From Raillietiella orientalis (lineage: Eukaryota): a DNA stretch of 64,000 bases. Shown here piece by piece: positions 51,700 to 64,000 of this stretch. Location: NCBI GenBank assembly GCA_036172245.1, contig JAYWIR010000006.1:744001-808000 (forward strand), written 5' to 3'. The notes below the pieces were generated by a model that ran no database searches, was not told the origin of the DNA, and saw only the letters and a list, made by a program, of their open reading frames with translations. Numbering within the stretch: position 1 is the stretch's first letter; each line of letters begins with the position of its first letter. The translations under genes and the position numbers were made by a program.

Positions 51700-52620
51700 A
51701 ATCAGGTGAGTTCTCTGGATGCAGTTTGGTTCTTGCCTTTCCAGTTCGAAAAGGGGAAGGCGAAGCTGCTTGTGGACTGCTTAGCCAGCGGTGGGGGACT
51801 CTTCCGCAAATTACACCGTCGTGCCGAAGAACTGAATGCAGGGCCCAGGGACCTTGAGGAATACGCAGAGAAATGGAACAAGAAAGCGAGAAGCCTTCAA
51901 AGAATCGTTCTCTCGGAATGAAGCAGATCGAAGGGAACGTTTCCAGTGGATGCTGTGCGTGTTCCTGTAAGGAGAAGCGAAGGAGTTATCAACACAAGGG
52001 ATCGTAGAGATCCTCTGTTTCTGTATGCTGGTGTCCAATTTATGAAAAAAATCATTCAACTCGTTCTTCAATACAAGGATTCATTTTGGTTTCAGAAGCT
52101 CTAATTCCTCTCAGCAGCAGAAACCGAGAGTTACAGTCCCACCAGGAGGATCAAAGCAGCTGTGATGAGAAAGCTTCTGGCTTTTTTCATTCGGGTTCCG
52201 TAACTTTTTCACGATTCAGCATGCAGATCAGTTCCAGCATCACACAGAGAAGAAAGATGAGGTCTTTTGGATCAGCTCCTGGCGAAGTCCAGCTTCGGCA
52301 GGCTGAGGACTCAACAACATGCTCTTCTCCCAGCGTTTCACAAGCGTTCGGTGCCTTATTGTACGTGAACGGCGCTAATAAATACTTCTTTTTTCTGGGG
52401 AGGACGAAACTCATCCGACGTCCGATAAACAGAGAAGATGCACACACCCGCGACTGTCTTGAAACACTCGAAAATTTGCAGTTCTCCGCATGGCTCTCTT
52501 CCGGCGTCTTCATGTGTTTGCTGGTGCTTTCGAAGCGCTGCTGCCAAGCGTTCAAGTCTTTGAAATGCAGGGAGGACGGACGCGGGTCCATTCCGCATGG
52601 AGCACAGCATTAGGCGCAAA
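51700..52620 (-). mobile_element. Decayed RT N-terminal relic
   Basis: LAPFT...SWTSPGAD...LELICMLN...VTEPE*KKARSFLI (with a frameshift) and QRISTIPCV (SPGPDG, WKxAxTxLI and RPI-like motifs). Confidence 0.5.
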
Positions 52621-54699
52621 GTGTTGCATTAAACACAGGCGGGCAGTGAGTTCGCTAATGGTGCCATCGAAGCTTTCACGCTTGATTTCCATCTTCTCCA
52701 GCACGAAGACGACGGAGATCCGAAAGCATTAGTCTAAAACGATTGCCGAATAATAAGATGAACCGATTTTTAAGCACTTTGACGAAGATGGCAGCTGCCG
52801 AAATATCCCCTCAGCACAGCACGAGGCTTCCTTGGTAACAAAGTTCCACTTCCAGTTTGTTGTTGATTCATGATGTTTATTCAGTAATCATTTATATATA
52901 TACATATATATATATATATCGACATTTTACGATCACTGGAGTTCTTTATCGGTCACAGTTGATGGAAAACCCGTGGCACGGTGCTCCCTGAGCACGTGAT
53001 GAATACACGTGTTCCTTGCTGCTCCTCCGTCGGAAGCTTGGCGTCTCCTGCGTGTGGAAATCACGAGGATTAATCATTAGCGCCGAAGATTCGTGACGGG
53101 TCGGCCGAATGCTCCCACGTTGAGGTTTGCCTTGTCGCCAAGTAGGGAAGAGAGAGCGCGCCAGCTCATCACGAAGACGGCGGAGCTCACTTTTTCGGCG
53201 CATCGAAGAACTCCTTTCGCGAGGAGAGAGTTCCCAGCTACCTCCTCTCTTGATGAACACCCTTCAAGCGGGAGAGGATGGGCGTAAGTGCGGGTATCGA
53301 TTTGCGAGAAGTTTCGGAAAAACGCGAAAAGGCGTCTGAGACTCGATTCCAATTTCTGGGGACGGCAGCAGGAAGGGAGAGGGGGGGCTGCGGAGGCTAG
53401 AAAAAACTGGGAATTCGTGGGTCACAAAAACACACGCACGAAAGGGGAAACAGGAAAGTAGTCCGGGAACGTGCTGGAACTTTCCCATCACCACACAGTT
53501 CACTACGCCTGCGGAATAAACGAATCCGACGAATCGATCCGACACTGAGGCTCGGGAATTCCTCCAAACAAATGAATTTTCGGAGTTCACCTCTGTGTTC
53601 ATCCGGTATGCAGCTCGTCCTCGTACTCTCGGAAATCACTCAGAAAGTGCTCTTCATTTTCTCTCCTCCGGAGAGACTCCGAGCCATGCACGTGAATTTG
53701 CTCAGCTTCTCACGAAACCCCGGATTGAATGGTACCGTTCATCTCTGAAATGTATCCAATCAATTTCTACTAGAAAAATTGTGCTCTTCTTTATGCATTA
53801 TGAATCATGGCCGCTCTAGTGGAGGAATATGGAAGCTAATGGATAGTCCCTTCGAGACAAGGGGGATAAGCCAATATCCCCTAAAATCTGAGGTGTTGAT
53901 AAAGCGAGAATGTAGTCACCAAGAAAGGGGCGAGAAAAAAAACTGAATACGAAATTGCCTGATCTTGTAGCACGCAATTTTTCATCTATCAAATCTAATT
54001 TGGGAAGCAATTCACGTGCCGGAAAGGCGTGAGATCTTTGCACCTCTTCGGCGAATCTTCCATTCAGATGAATCGAAATGCAAGAATCTGCTCTGGAACG
54101 ATCTTCATTTGCGAACCCCCTTCCCTCCCTACGACAAGGAAAGGGAGCAGAAGGAAACTCGGCTTAAGGACTTTCCTCGTCTGAGCGCTTGCAGGTAACC
54201 GAAGAAGACTTTCTCAAGTGAATAAATCGGTCCTCAATTCTCCGCGCAGGAAGAGGAAATCACTGTGAGGAGGAGGGTGCAGGATTCTGAATATTTTACT
54301 CCTTAGAGCTGCTGGTTCGTGTGTCCCGGGAAATCCGGAAAAGAGTGCCGTTGTCTAAGAGGAGGAGTTCGGATGCCAGAACGGAGGTGAAGGTGAAGCT
54401 GAGCGACGCAAGACTTCCTTCCCCGGGCCGAGTGATGTGCACCGGGAAAAGAAGGAAGGAAATACGCAGTGGAGACACTTACCGGAGAGAAAAGGGAAAG
54501 TGGGTCTGTGCCTGCGGCTCGGAATGGGGGCGATTCGAGTGGTGAGGCAGAAATAAATAGCCGAAGGACGGTCGAAGACTATCCTGAAACATCGGGGTCT
54601 TTTCTTGAAAACAACCAATCATCGGAAACTCTTGGAGCGATTCTTATGATCCCACTCTGAGATTCATCAGCGAACAAAGATCTAAGCTTGAATTAACGC

Positions 54700-55720
54700 T
54701 TAACCAATCATGTCGAGGTGGAACTTTCAGCATCCCCTCATCCGATTCGAACCCCAAGCAGCAGAGGAATACAGAACCGGGAAGGTCCGGCTGCTTCAGG
54801 GATCTTCGAACAGCAAACAGCAGGCCAGAATGAGCTCAAGAGGACGAGACGGAGAAACCGTTTGCCGAGTGTCATCAGCACTGCAGGATTTTATCATACC
54901 GACACGGCATACTTAGGGGCTGGAAGCACGCTGGGAAGACGCAACTCGTATCGGACGGAAAATCCTGTCCCAATCACATCGTCCCCTCTAGCAACTTCCC
55001 TACCTTTTACTTTGCAATCTTCAGACGGATGCACTTCGGAACTCTGCAGCTCCCATTAGGGCAAACAAATTCTCATCAGGACGCTTTCAGATTAAAGCCC
55101 TCATGTCTTCGGAATATTAAGTGGGAAAATGTCCCCAGACGTTTCCTCTCAAATTATAACTATTTGTTTTCTGTCCCAAGGGCATGTGCGGTTGAGAGGT
55201 TCGGACCGGAAGAATCCGCATCACTGGCTTCAAGAAAGTCCTGCAGTGACCTCGTAAACCTCATCGCCATCACGAAAGTTCATTATTTCTTCCTCGAGCC
55301 AAGAAACCTCCATAAGAACATCGATCTTCTCCTGGAAGTTTTGAACACCTGTTGCCTGTAGAGTGCAACCAATTTGCCTTCTCAGAGCAGGTGAAGGTGA
55401 AAACAAGTCCTCGATCGATCCTTGTGTTTTTTATTATCTGGATTTGTGTGAGCTGGTCCAAACCGATTCAGATAGATGACCTGCACCTACGTCTCTTTTC
55501 AAATTTGCACAGGTCTGTCACTGGAATGCAGCGGGTACCAGCAAATCTCTCCCGGTCCCCGGTTGGGACGACGAGAAAAGGCATGGAAACCCAAGACTCT
55601 TCCAGACCTGGCGTTCCGAAACCAAAATTACCTCTAAATGAAGATTTATCTCACTGTCTCCGCTTTCCTCTCGACTCTGTGGAGGTCGTTTTGTTTCGCT
55701 TTTTTTCTTTCTTCCAAGTT
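54700..55720 (+). mobile_element. Decayed R2-like RT thumb/linker relic
   Basis: DTAYLGAG (resembling YKYLG), SSPL, KWENVPR...YLFSVP, and NLHRSVTG (resembling LHxSVDG). Confidence 0.45.
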
Positions 55721-56539
55721 CCTATGCACCGCTTGAACCATCATCAATATTGCGTTCAATAGTGATTTTCATTAGAGAGTGGGCTCAACTTATTTATCAT
55801 TCTATGCAGGGAATAAGCGTGCAATTCCGAAGGAGCTGAATTTTTCGCATTTTTTTTAAAAAACTGGTTGACCCGCCGGTTTGCTGGCTTGGCGGGGTTG
55901 TTTTTTTTATTTTATTTATTCATTCATTTATTTATTTTGTTTGACTTGGAAAAATCGCTGCAACAGCGTTCCTTTTCATCCCACCTATCTTTCAACTTTT
56001 GCAATGCATCGGGCGGCTCCATGCCTGAAGTGATTCAATGAATTAAGAGCAAGGGCACCGGTTGCGATAGCAACGTCTATTGCACCTGATCACACTCAGC
56101 CGAACTCTGGTAGGAAATGAGCGCTCTTCAGAGCGATCAAAGCAGTCTGCTGCTTTGATTTTGTTTACCCAAATTGAAATTTTCTCTACAAGCTGTAGGA
56201 GGTCAAAATCGACCAGCAATTTGTCTCTTTTCAGCGACCTGAATTTCACGTTCTGCTTGATACATTCTCGAGAGAAACGTGCGAGGAGATTTGCCGTGGC
56301 GTTTCGTTGGGATGCAGCTATTTCGTTCCAAAGAGTAAGACTGTTGGAAAAGTATTTCATCCGCCTTATTTGGCTCATCACCCGGCCACGCTAGAGAGTT
56401 CATTATAAAAATTAATAAGCATACATGTGTAGGACCATCGGCCTTTCCAGGATGCTGGCAAGTTCCATCTGTGCATGTCCCAGGTGGGGCCATCATCTTG
56501 TTGCCGTCCGCGGGAAGCGCAGTGCGAAGCAGATGGCTC

Positions 56540-57050
56540 CATCCTCCTCTCGCGTAGCTTCAGGCTGTCTCAATACCACGTAGGCAGCGGCAAAGAGTTG
56601 CTCGGGATGCACCAGGCGAAACGGCATCGCACACGAGGAGGCGCTTCATCACGTCCCTGGGATTGTCCGTCGCTGCACCAAGGGCCATCGCGTAACGCAA
56701 CCACAGGGTCCGAGGGGCAGCACCGTCTGCGAGCAGGTGCGGCAGGGATTCCCGTTCTCCACACCTGCAACAGTTGGGGTCCACAGCCTCCCGGGTCCAG
56801 TGGGAGCGGTAGGCGTTGCACGGGAGGTCCCAGTGCAACACTAGAAGTGCCGACTCCTGCCACTTCAGGGGGAAGATCCGGTTGTTCTTCAGCGCTGGGG
56901 GCCACTCAAGGTCTTTCTGTGGGATTCTCGGCGGCTCACCCCAGCGGAATAGTTTTTTCGGTGGGGTACCTGGGGTCGCAGCGTCCGTGAGCTGGCCCGT
57001 GATCCAGCCACCAGACAAAGCTGGAAGGAAGACAGCGAACATAGGAAAAA
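56540..57050 (-). mobile_element. RLE element CCHC zinc-knuckle relic
   Basis: WDLPCNAYRSHW...DPNCCRCGERESLPHLLA in ORF 56560-57135. Confidence 0.6.
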
Positions 57051-59242
57051 GAACCCAGAAGGATAATTTGAGGGGGGGGGGGAGGAGGTAGTTTAGTAGT
57101 TGATTGTGGATCCTCGATAAAGCAATGAAATCCACCTTATTTGTGTGCTCGAAGCGAGGCTCATGGAATCCATCGACTGGTGAAGGGCAGCGCTCAACGT
57201 GACAGCAATCTCAAAGTCCTTGATCAGGAAATCTTGTCCGAAATGCAACGCAGCTGATGACCTGAAACCAGCAAGAATGCTTCGCATCTGGGCTTCGCAT
57301 TTTCTGAAATTCTGTAAAGGTGTCACTCCTGTTGGGAGCCTGTACACTTGCACACCGTCTTCGCCTCTTTCCTCCTCAGCTCTTTACGTCCATCTCGAAA
57401 GCTCATTTTGCAGTTCCGTTTCCGGGTAGCTTCGGATCCGTACGAGCCATCAGATTTCCATCCAACCCCGCATCTCTGCACTCGTTTCGATTCCGCCGTT
57501 ATTCCCGCAGGCGAAACTTTCCGGGTGCGTCAGGCGTCAGTTCGTCACGTAGTACCATGCCCTTGGTTCATCTCTCTCCGTTTTCCAATGACGCCTCTCT
57601 GATCTCCTTGAGAGATGAACGCGAGGCAAATCCTGACGTCTATTCCCTTTCGTGGGAGCAGGAATGGGCTTGCTGAAGCAAAACTGCAGCCTCGCATCAT
57701 CTTGGAGTCGCATTGCTTTTCAGTTTTTCATTTCTTTGTAATTCATTTCCTAGTACTTGTCTGATGAATTTTCAGAAGCACAGAAAGCATCCGCCTCCTC
57801 CTCCAGAGTAATTTCACTTTGAATCTGCGGCGCTTCATGTTCACTGCTCGCGTAAGCGAAGGACTCTCCGACGCCCCGGGAGCATTTATCGCAAGAGCAG
57901 GAAGCTTTCGCTCGGTTTCGAGAGATCCTCTGCCACTGGGTTCTGCTGCGTCTTCGCCAGCTCGCGACACGACTCTGCGTGGCACTCGGGAACAGATGGC
58001 AAGAATTTCCAGCTCTGGTACAGAGTGCAGAGGTTATTTGCAGATGAATCCGAGCTGCTTTGGGTGAATCTGCGTGAGAATCTATTCTTTCCCTACGTCT
58101 TGGTGGTCGAAGAGTGTCATCGTGTTCTTGTGTCGAGTTTGGTCTCTCTTTACGATGCTTCCCAGGGAAGAACTTCTAATTCAGAGTCTGATTTTTCGTG
58201 ACGGGAGCTTTGCTCATGCGATCTCTCGTCCTTGGAAAAATCACAACCGTTACTGGGATATCGGAGATCTCCAGATGCTAATGAATCACTAGGAGAATCC
58301 TTAATCGGTCTGTTTCATCATCTATCGTTCCTTCTGAATCCTCTTGCGGAATTGCGACTTCGTTTGGCACCCTGCTTTATTTATCTGTCCTTCTCGCTTT
58401 GTCCCTGTTTCGAGACTGCGAATCGCCGGAATTGCAAGCATGACATCACTTTAGTCATGTTTTTTGCAATATCCAAGTCTTCTTCAAACTGGACTGAGGC
58501 TGAACGCGTTAGGGTCTCTGCGCATATGAACCGACTACGACAAGGTTGCGAAGGAACTGAAGAGCCCCACAGAGGCTGCTAGCTGACCCTGATAAACGAA
58601 ATGGTTTCCAGAGACATGGGCAGTAGTCCTGCCTGATCTACTGCAAGTATCAGACAGGTCACCTTTAGTGACCCTCCAGTCGTGCGTCACACTATGAGAT
58701 GGAACGGATGAATGCTGAGGAATAATATAGCGAAGAGTTTCGTCCCCTCCGGCAATGTCTGAAACCTCACTGGGCGTTGCCAATAATCTCCCATTCTAAT
58801 TTTCTTCTTCGTCCTGCTTTACTCAACAAGAACCACAAGACCACCACTGGGAATTGGTTGCGACCATTTTTTTTTTTTCCGCTTCCTGAAATGTTTCGCA
58901 TAGCTGCAGTACACTGTTCTTCTCACGTCTATTCGTACACAGTCATCAAGAAGGGTACTCGATTACCTGAAAAGTCCTCGACTGTCTATGTCCTTGATGG
59001 AATTGGGTCGTCAATAGTAGTCCTATCCTTGTTTAGATGTAGTGGACCTAACTGATAGTCTTCTGCATTTCTCACTACCTTTCATGGGATTCTGATTTCA
59101 TGATCTGTATGCATATCATCTGGAGCCATATTTGGCCCTTCTTAAAATTTTTCTGTTCTTCTGATGTTTGGTAAGAGTTTACTTGGCGATGCAGTACTCT
59201 TTTGGAACTCGCTGCTACGTTTCGATAGGAGGAGAGAGCATA

Positions 59243-59341
59243 GTGGGCGCGTGGATACGTGATGGATTCGGGATGTTCATGTTGAGAAACCAATGATAGA
59301 TGAATCCCGGCTTCATATTTCCCCTTGAGTGTACTCCTTTT
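59243..59341. repeat. ~99-bp direct repeat, copy A (3' flank of the Utopia-like insertion)
   Basis: Aligns with 60415-60512 at an offset of 1172 nt; roughly 85% identity by manual alignment. Confidence 0.85.
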
Positions 59342-60414
59342 GTTGTTTTAATTTGCAATTAGATGACATGTTACAGGGAGGACTTTTGACATTATTCCGG
59401 AATTCTTCCTCTATTCATCTGGGGGCCTCGCCGACCCTCAGCATGTCGCTTCCCAGGCTTCCTGTTCTTCGTCTCGCGAGAGCTGACCGCTGGAGTTCTG
59501 CTGCATCTGCTTGTCGGCCCCTCGTGTGACGTGGGCTGCATAGATGTCGCTGGAGTACCTGATGCACGGAGCCTCCATCTGGTGCCTCATCATCCCCAAG
59601 TGCTCTTTTGGAATTCCAAGGTCCTGTAGTACTTTCTCGTTACCTGGATCCCATGCTTTCAGAGAACCAACGATGAAAGCATGCACTCTGCATTGCCTCC
59701 CTCTCTGCCTATCTGGAGGGCTGCTTCCTTGTATTCTTCCTGTGTTCTCCTCCTAGCTGCGATAAACGCCTCTCCTACACCCTCGTACGGTAGCAGACGT
59801 CCAGTCCAACATTATGAACCGGTTTCCTTTTCTCATCACTAAGTTTGGTCTTAAGAGGAAGTTCGTTCCTGGAGCTCTCTGACTTGTGGACACTAGGGCC
59901 CACTTTGCTTCATCCACTGCGGCCTTGATAATCATCTCTTGTATTGCGTCGTGTCGCTCAGTGGACAGATGAAAGTGTCCCCTACATCTGTTTACTATAC
60001 AAGACAAGACAACGTTTCGTCTTCTGTCCGGCAGCACCGACACGCGCGTTCTTCTGATTTCATCCTGGGTCCAGCCCTGACTGGTAGGACATTTAGCCTG
60101 GCTGCGTGAATGAATCTATAGTCCTAGAATCTCAGGTGATCACCATTGGTGAGGAAGAAGCTTGAGGCGTGGTGCATTCCCACACAGTGCATAGCTTTCT
60201 CTTGGCGTTTCTGGGCTAACGGCTGCCATGCGTGTTCCCTTTGCAGTGCTCTCACGCCGGAGGTAATCTTCCTCCCCATGGTGCTGCTGAAGATGACGCC
60301 GTTGACGGTTATGGTGCGCTCTCCATCAGCAAATTTCCAGAGGACTTTTGTTCTTCTCAAAACCCTGCGTCCTTCTGACCAAAGGCTCTCGACCTCCCAG
60401 CCACGCTGTTCCGC
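59342..60414 (-). mobile_element. 5'-truncated, degenerate RLE non-LTR retrotransposon of Utopia/NeSL type (C-terminal third of the ORF plus 3' UTR)
   Basis: Minus-strand translation gives ESLWSEGRR...KRQEKAMHCV...ASSFFLTNGDHLRF*DYRFIHAARLNVLPV, a decayed zinc knuckle, ERHDAIQEMI, LRPNLV...MLD and AFIVGSLKAWDPGNEKVLQDLGI...MMRHQM...IRYSSDIYAAHVTRG, which resembles the Utopia C-terminus. It ends in ATTAAA and an A-rich tail. Confidence 0.8.
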
Positions 60415-60512
60415 GTGGACACGTGGATATGTAATGGAGTCGGGATGTTCATATTGAGCAACCAATGATGGATGACTCCCAGCTTCATATTTCACCCGGA
60501 TGCACTCCTTTT
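60415..60512. repeat. ~99-bp direct repeat, copy B (5' flank of the Utopia-like insertion)
   Basis: Aligns with 59243-59341 (GTGGATAyGTrATGGAkTCGGGATGTTCATrTTGAG...CTTCATATTTC...ACTCCTTTT). Confidence 0.85.
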
Positions 60513-61099
60513 CATGAACTGAATGTTGTTTCTCGTTTTCCTTAAGAGCTCCAACGCTGTTCTCATTTCCCACTCTGTTTCATTCTGCTTTTACATCCTT
60601 TCACCTTTCCAAGCCTTCCGCTACGGATCTCAGATTTAAACTGACCGTCCGCTTCGCCTCTTCCTGTTCATCACCTCTTCCCATGTCCAACCATCCTGTG
60701 TGCCGAAGATTCGCTCACAGGAATGTGGTATCATGTTCAACGGGAAAAAATTCTGCTGATACCAAGCACACTTGGTATCAACAGAAAGAAACATGAATTT
60801 TCATTTCAGTTCGGTTGAATGCAAAAGATCTGGCAGCGCAAGAAAGCCATCTGTTGTTTGTGGTCATAAGTTTTCTATTAGCTGAAGAGTGTTCTACTTC
60901 CTGATCTGCTTTAGCATCTCTGCTTAGCTCTCGAATTCAGGTATGTTTCTACAGACTTCCGATATCGTTCGTTATGTCCCCCGTCTCTTTCCTTTACACG
61001 CCACTTGATCATGGAAGAAGAAATACTCACCAAGGAAACTTGGAGCGATCGGTCTTTTCTCGTTCCGTAACCATGATTTTTTCGCTTATGCCAGCCTCT

Positions 61100-62950
61100 C
61101 TGTGTGCCTTCCATCTTAGGCAAGCGTGTGCACGGAGCTCTTTGCTTCATCAAGGCACACAAGGCAGCTCTCGATACCACACAACTCATCAGAAAAGTTG
61201 ACGCGAACGGAGCTGGATGCTTCCTGGTCACGAAGCAGGGATGGGATCGTACTATCTCTTGCCGATCCCTTTAGACTTTTCCCGTCCTTATCGATTTTCG
61301 CAATGGGGATCGGACTGAAGCTGCTGACCACATCCAGCAAAGCGAGGCGAGAAATCTCTGGACCAATTTGTTCGAGATGCACCACGGGTCGAAAAATCTG
61401 CAGCTACTGGCTGCTTCCTGCTTTCCCTGCAGGATGATTCCACCGTCTGGCTCAAAATCATACGCGACTCTCTTTTGGCCCTGAAGAATGTTCTCGAGGA
61501 TGGCTCCTTGAGATTGGCTTTGGCTGATCACTCGACAAAGACACAAAGGGCAAAATGCTCCACTGTAAATGTGAGAAGGAAGCCAATGACATGAGCAGAG
61601 GCGCAATCGAATAAATCATGCAAGGGTTCCATATGAAGTTAAGGCATTGTACATTTGATGTGCAAATTGCGAGATCAGTAATAATGACAAAGACCTCGGA
61701 AGAAAAGAGTTATTTACATTTACGAGTGAGACAATCAGACTTGGAACGACTGCTCGGTGTGCACATAATGCTGGACCAGGTTGTTTATTTTGCTTGGAAT
61801 GGAGTGCCACACAAGAAAGCGTGTCCACGCATTCCATATCCACACATTCTATCGAGATGCGCAATGGGTATATACGTGATGATATACGCTTCCTGAATTC
61901 ATAGCCAATCAGACACATTTTAGAAAAAAGTGCATCAGATCTTTGAGCTATTCTATGGCAGCAGCGGAGTCCGGGAACAAGAGATATCCCGATCCTTCAT
62001 GGTACCGGTCATGCCCGATTGCACGGAGTCGACATTTCGCGCGTTGCCACCTGCACGTTTCCTTACGCTCTTATGGCTGGTTGCCACTGCCACCGGCGAG
62101 ATTGTCACCCTTCCGTCTCGTGTCTTTCGCGTCGAATGATCGCGTAAGAGCGCTCGCCACGGGCCGCAATTCCAAAACAGTCAGCGGCGATCATTGGACC
62201 GCTTGGTTTCCTCCCGTCTGCAGCTGCTCGTGCAGGAAAAGCGCTGGATCACCTCTCGGAGTTCCGCCATGATGCGTGATGAGCACCGCGTTCCACCAAG
62301 GGAGCACGTAAACTGCTGCCAGGTGTGGAGCCCAGGCTGATCTGTGATTTCCTCCGAACAGCTGAGATGGACGGAGGAGGAGGCCGCAGCCATCGCTCAG
62401 TAGCATTGGAAATTAATAAGCCCAGAGCTTGGTGACTGATAGCTACGGGCATGATCTCCCTCACATCCGTGGATTCATGAATCAAAGAACTCTCAAGAGG
62501 ATTCCTTGTTACTGGCGTTTGGCATCCTGGAGGAAATCAGTTGTGACATGATGCTTCGATTGAAGCAGAACTGACTAACTGAGCTCCTCCCTTCTTCGAA
62601 AGTGCCCAGAGGGGGATGCTGCAAACCATCACTCACCCTAGAAAGAGGCATTGGCTCCGCGTGTGAAGTGCGTACACCTCTATCGGGGCGTCCACATCGG
62701 GAGTGCGTTGGACGGCCCTCCACTTTGGATCCTTTCCTTACAGGCGCGTTTCCGAATCTGGAAGATTGTCCCTGTCAGCATCTGTGGCGCCCACGCCGGT
62801 GCATTGCTTTGGTTTTCTTTCGGAATGAATCTCGGACTGGACCGAAAATAGACCATTTCGGTTAGTTTTCTGAATAGAAGGGGAACGTTGGAACCATTTC
62901 GGAAACAGCCATAGGAACAGCAATGGAAGCATAAGGAACTATTTTGACTT
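61100..62950 (-). mobile_element. Decayed RT relic
   Basis: LFLWLFPKWFQRSP (resembling AWLDxxxAFxSVP), AEPMPLSRV (resembling EPIPxxRGV) and QFCFN in the expected order. Confidence 0.4.
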
Positions 62951-64000
62951 GGTTATTAATCCCCTTAGGCGTCCTTGAATTTCAAATAAACTGACAAGTG
63001 ATCTCTGCAGAGAGACGTTTTTGTTCTTTTAATCCTTCGATACACACACACACACAAAAAAAGGCAGAGAATTTCAGGAATTTCCTCCTCCTACCAATGC
63101 TGCCGTCACTGCAAGCACCGTCATGAGATTCTTTCTCCTGAAACTACCTCGGTGCATTTAAAACTCAAAGAAAAATGAAAATAAATGACTGACATTTAAA
63201 ACTGTAATGGCGAACATTAAGAAATGAAGAACCCTTTGGGCACTTAGCTGATTAGAATTTCAGTCAGAGACTCCCGTTCCCCCAGAATGAGGAATTCTGC
63301 TTTTCCCATCCATTCAACTTTTTCTTGAGTCAAGAAATGGTGCAGCGGGCTCGCGGGACGCTGGACCGGCATAGCTGTTCGAAACCGTGTGCAATGAGCT
63401 CGCACCCATGCATCTTATGACGCTGAGCACGGTCCATCCGGAGAGCCAAATTTCATGCCTTCCCCCCTGATGCCCCCAAGCCTTGAGGAAACCCAGAGTC
63501 ATACGTCTTTCCTTTCATCCTATAAAATTAGCGTGTTCTTGGCAACCCCACGGAGCTAACGGGAAAGCATGCGTTCCAGCTGACCTTACCTGCGCAAGCG
63601 TCTATCTTTCAGTCCTCCACTCGCAAACCCTTTATAGATTCCGCGTCCAAACATCCGATCAACTTCAGCTGTTTTGCAAGGAAAATCACGTAATACAAAA
63701 GCTCCTTTCAAATTCATTGAGGTGGCGGATTCTATTCCAGAAACACATCGTGGGGACTTGTGACGTCGGCACATTCCTCCAAGAGTGGTGTGCCACGTTG
63801 AGCAAGGCGAGTTTCTGTAGCTTTTCTAGTGGTTCGACCTCTCTTTCGGGGAGTGTGCCTCTTTATGTATTAATAGGTTCGTAAGCAACCGTTGATGGGA
63901 TAACGCTGAAGAGGCTGACAACCCACGCAACGTAATTAAGTTTGAATATTTCCTCTTCGTCACGCCTTCATCATCAAATATTTCGAAGCTTTAAGACGGT

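Noticed and set aside
1..64000. CRISPR arrays, rRNA genes, prokaryotic operons or terminators
   Set aside because: No repeat-spacer array or rRNA motifs were seen, and the genes are spliced and eukaryotic.

Overview
Eukaryotic, most likely arthropod, genomic DNA: it has a short neuropeptide F gene, an invertebrate-type U2 5' end, a degenerate TTAGG array and 42-49 nt GT-AG introns. Three intact spliced protein-coding genes could be reconstructed by hand, and the ORF track shows them only partly: a 6-exon membrane-anchored thioredoxin-domain protein (+, 14960-16261, 308 aa), a 2-exon GT31 beta-1,3-galactosyltransferase (-, 19876-21258, 319 aa) and a 2-coding-exon sNPF precursor (+, 44979-46040, 89 aa). 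The first two lie in an AT-rich island (~12.3-21.3 kb). Most of the remainder is a dense graveyard of heavily decayed RLE-type non-LTR retrotransposons (R2/NeSL/Utopia-like) on both strands, plus three copies of a ~0.65 kb tRNA-headed SINE-like repeat. The most notable observations are: a perfect 37-nt U2 snRNA 5' fragment with a 7-bp target-site duplication; a 5'-truncated Utopia-like insertion flanked by ~99-bp direct repeats (possibly a very long TSD) with no U2 target nearby; and a decayed copy of sNPF exon 2 upstream of the gene. Retroelement relic boundaries are approximate and come from motif recognition by eye. No database searches were run.
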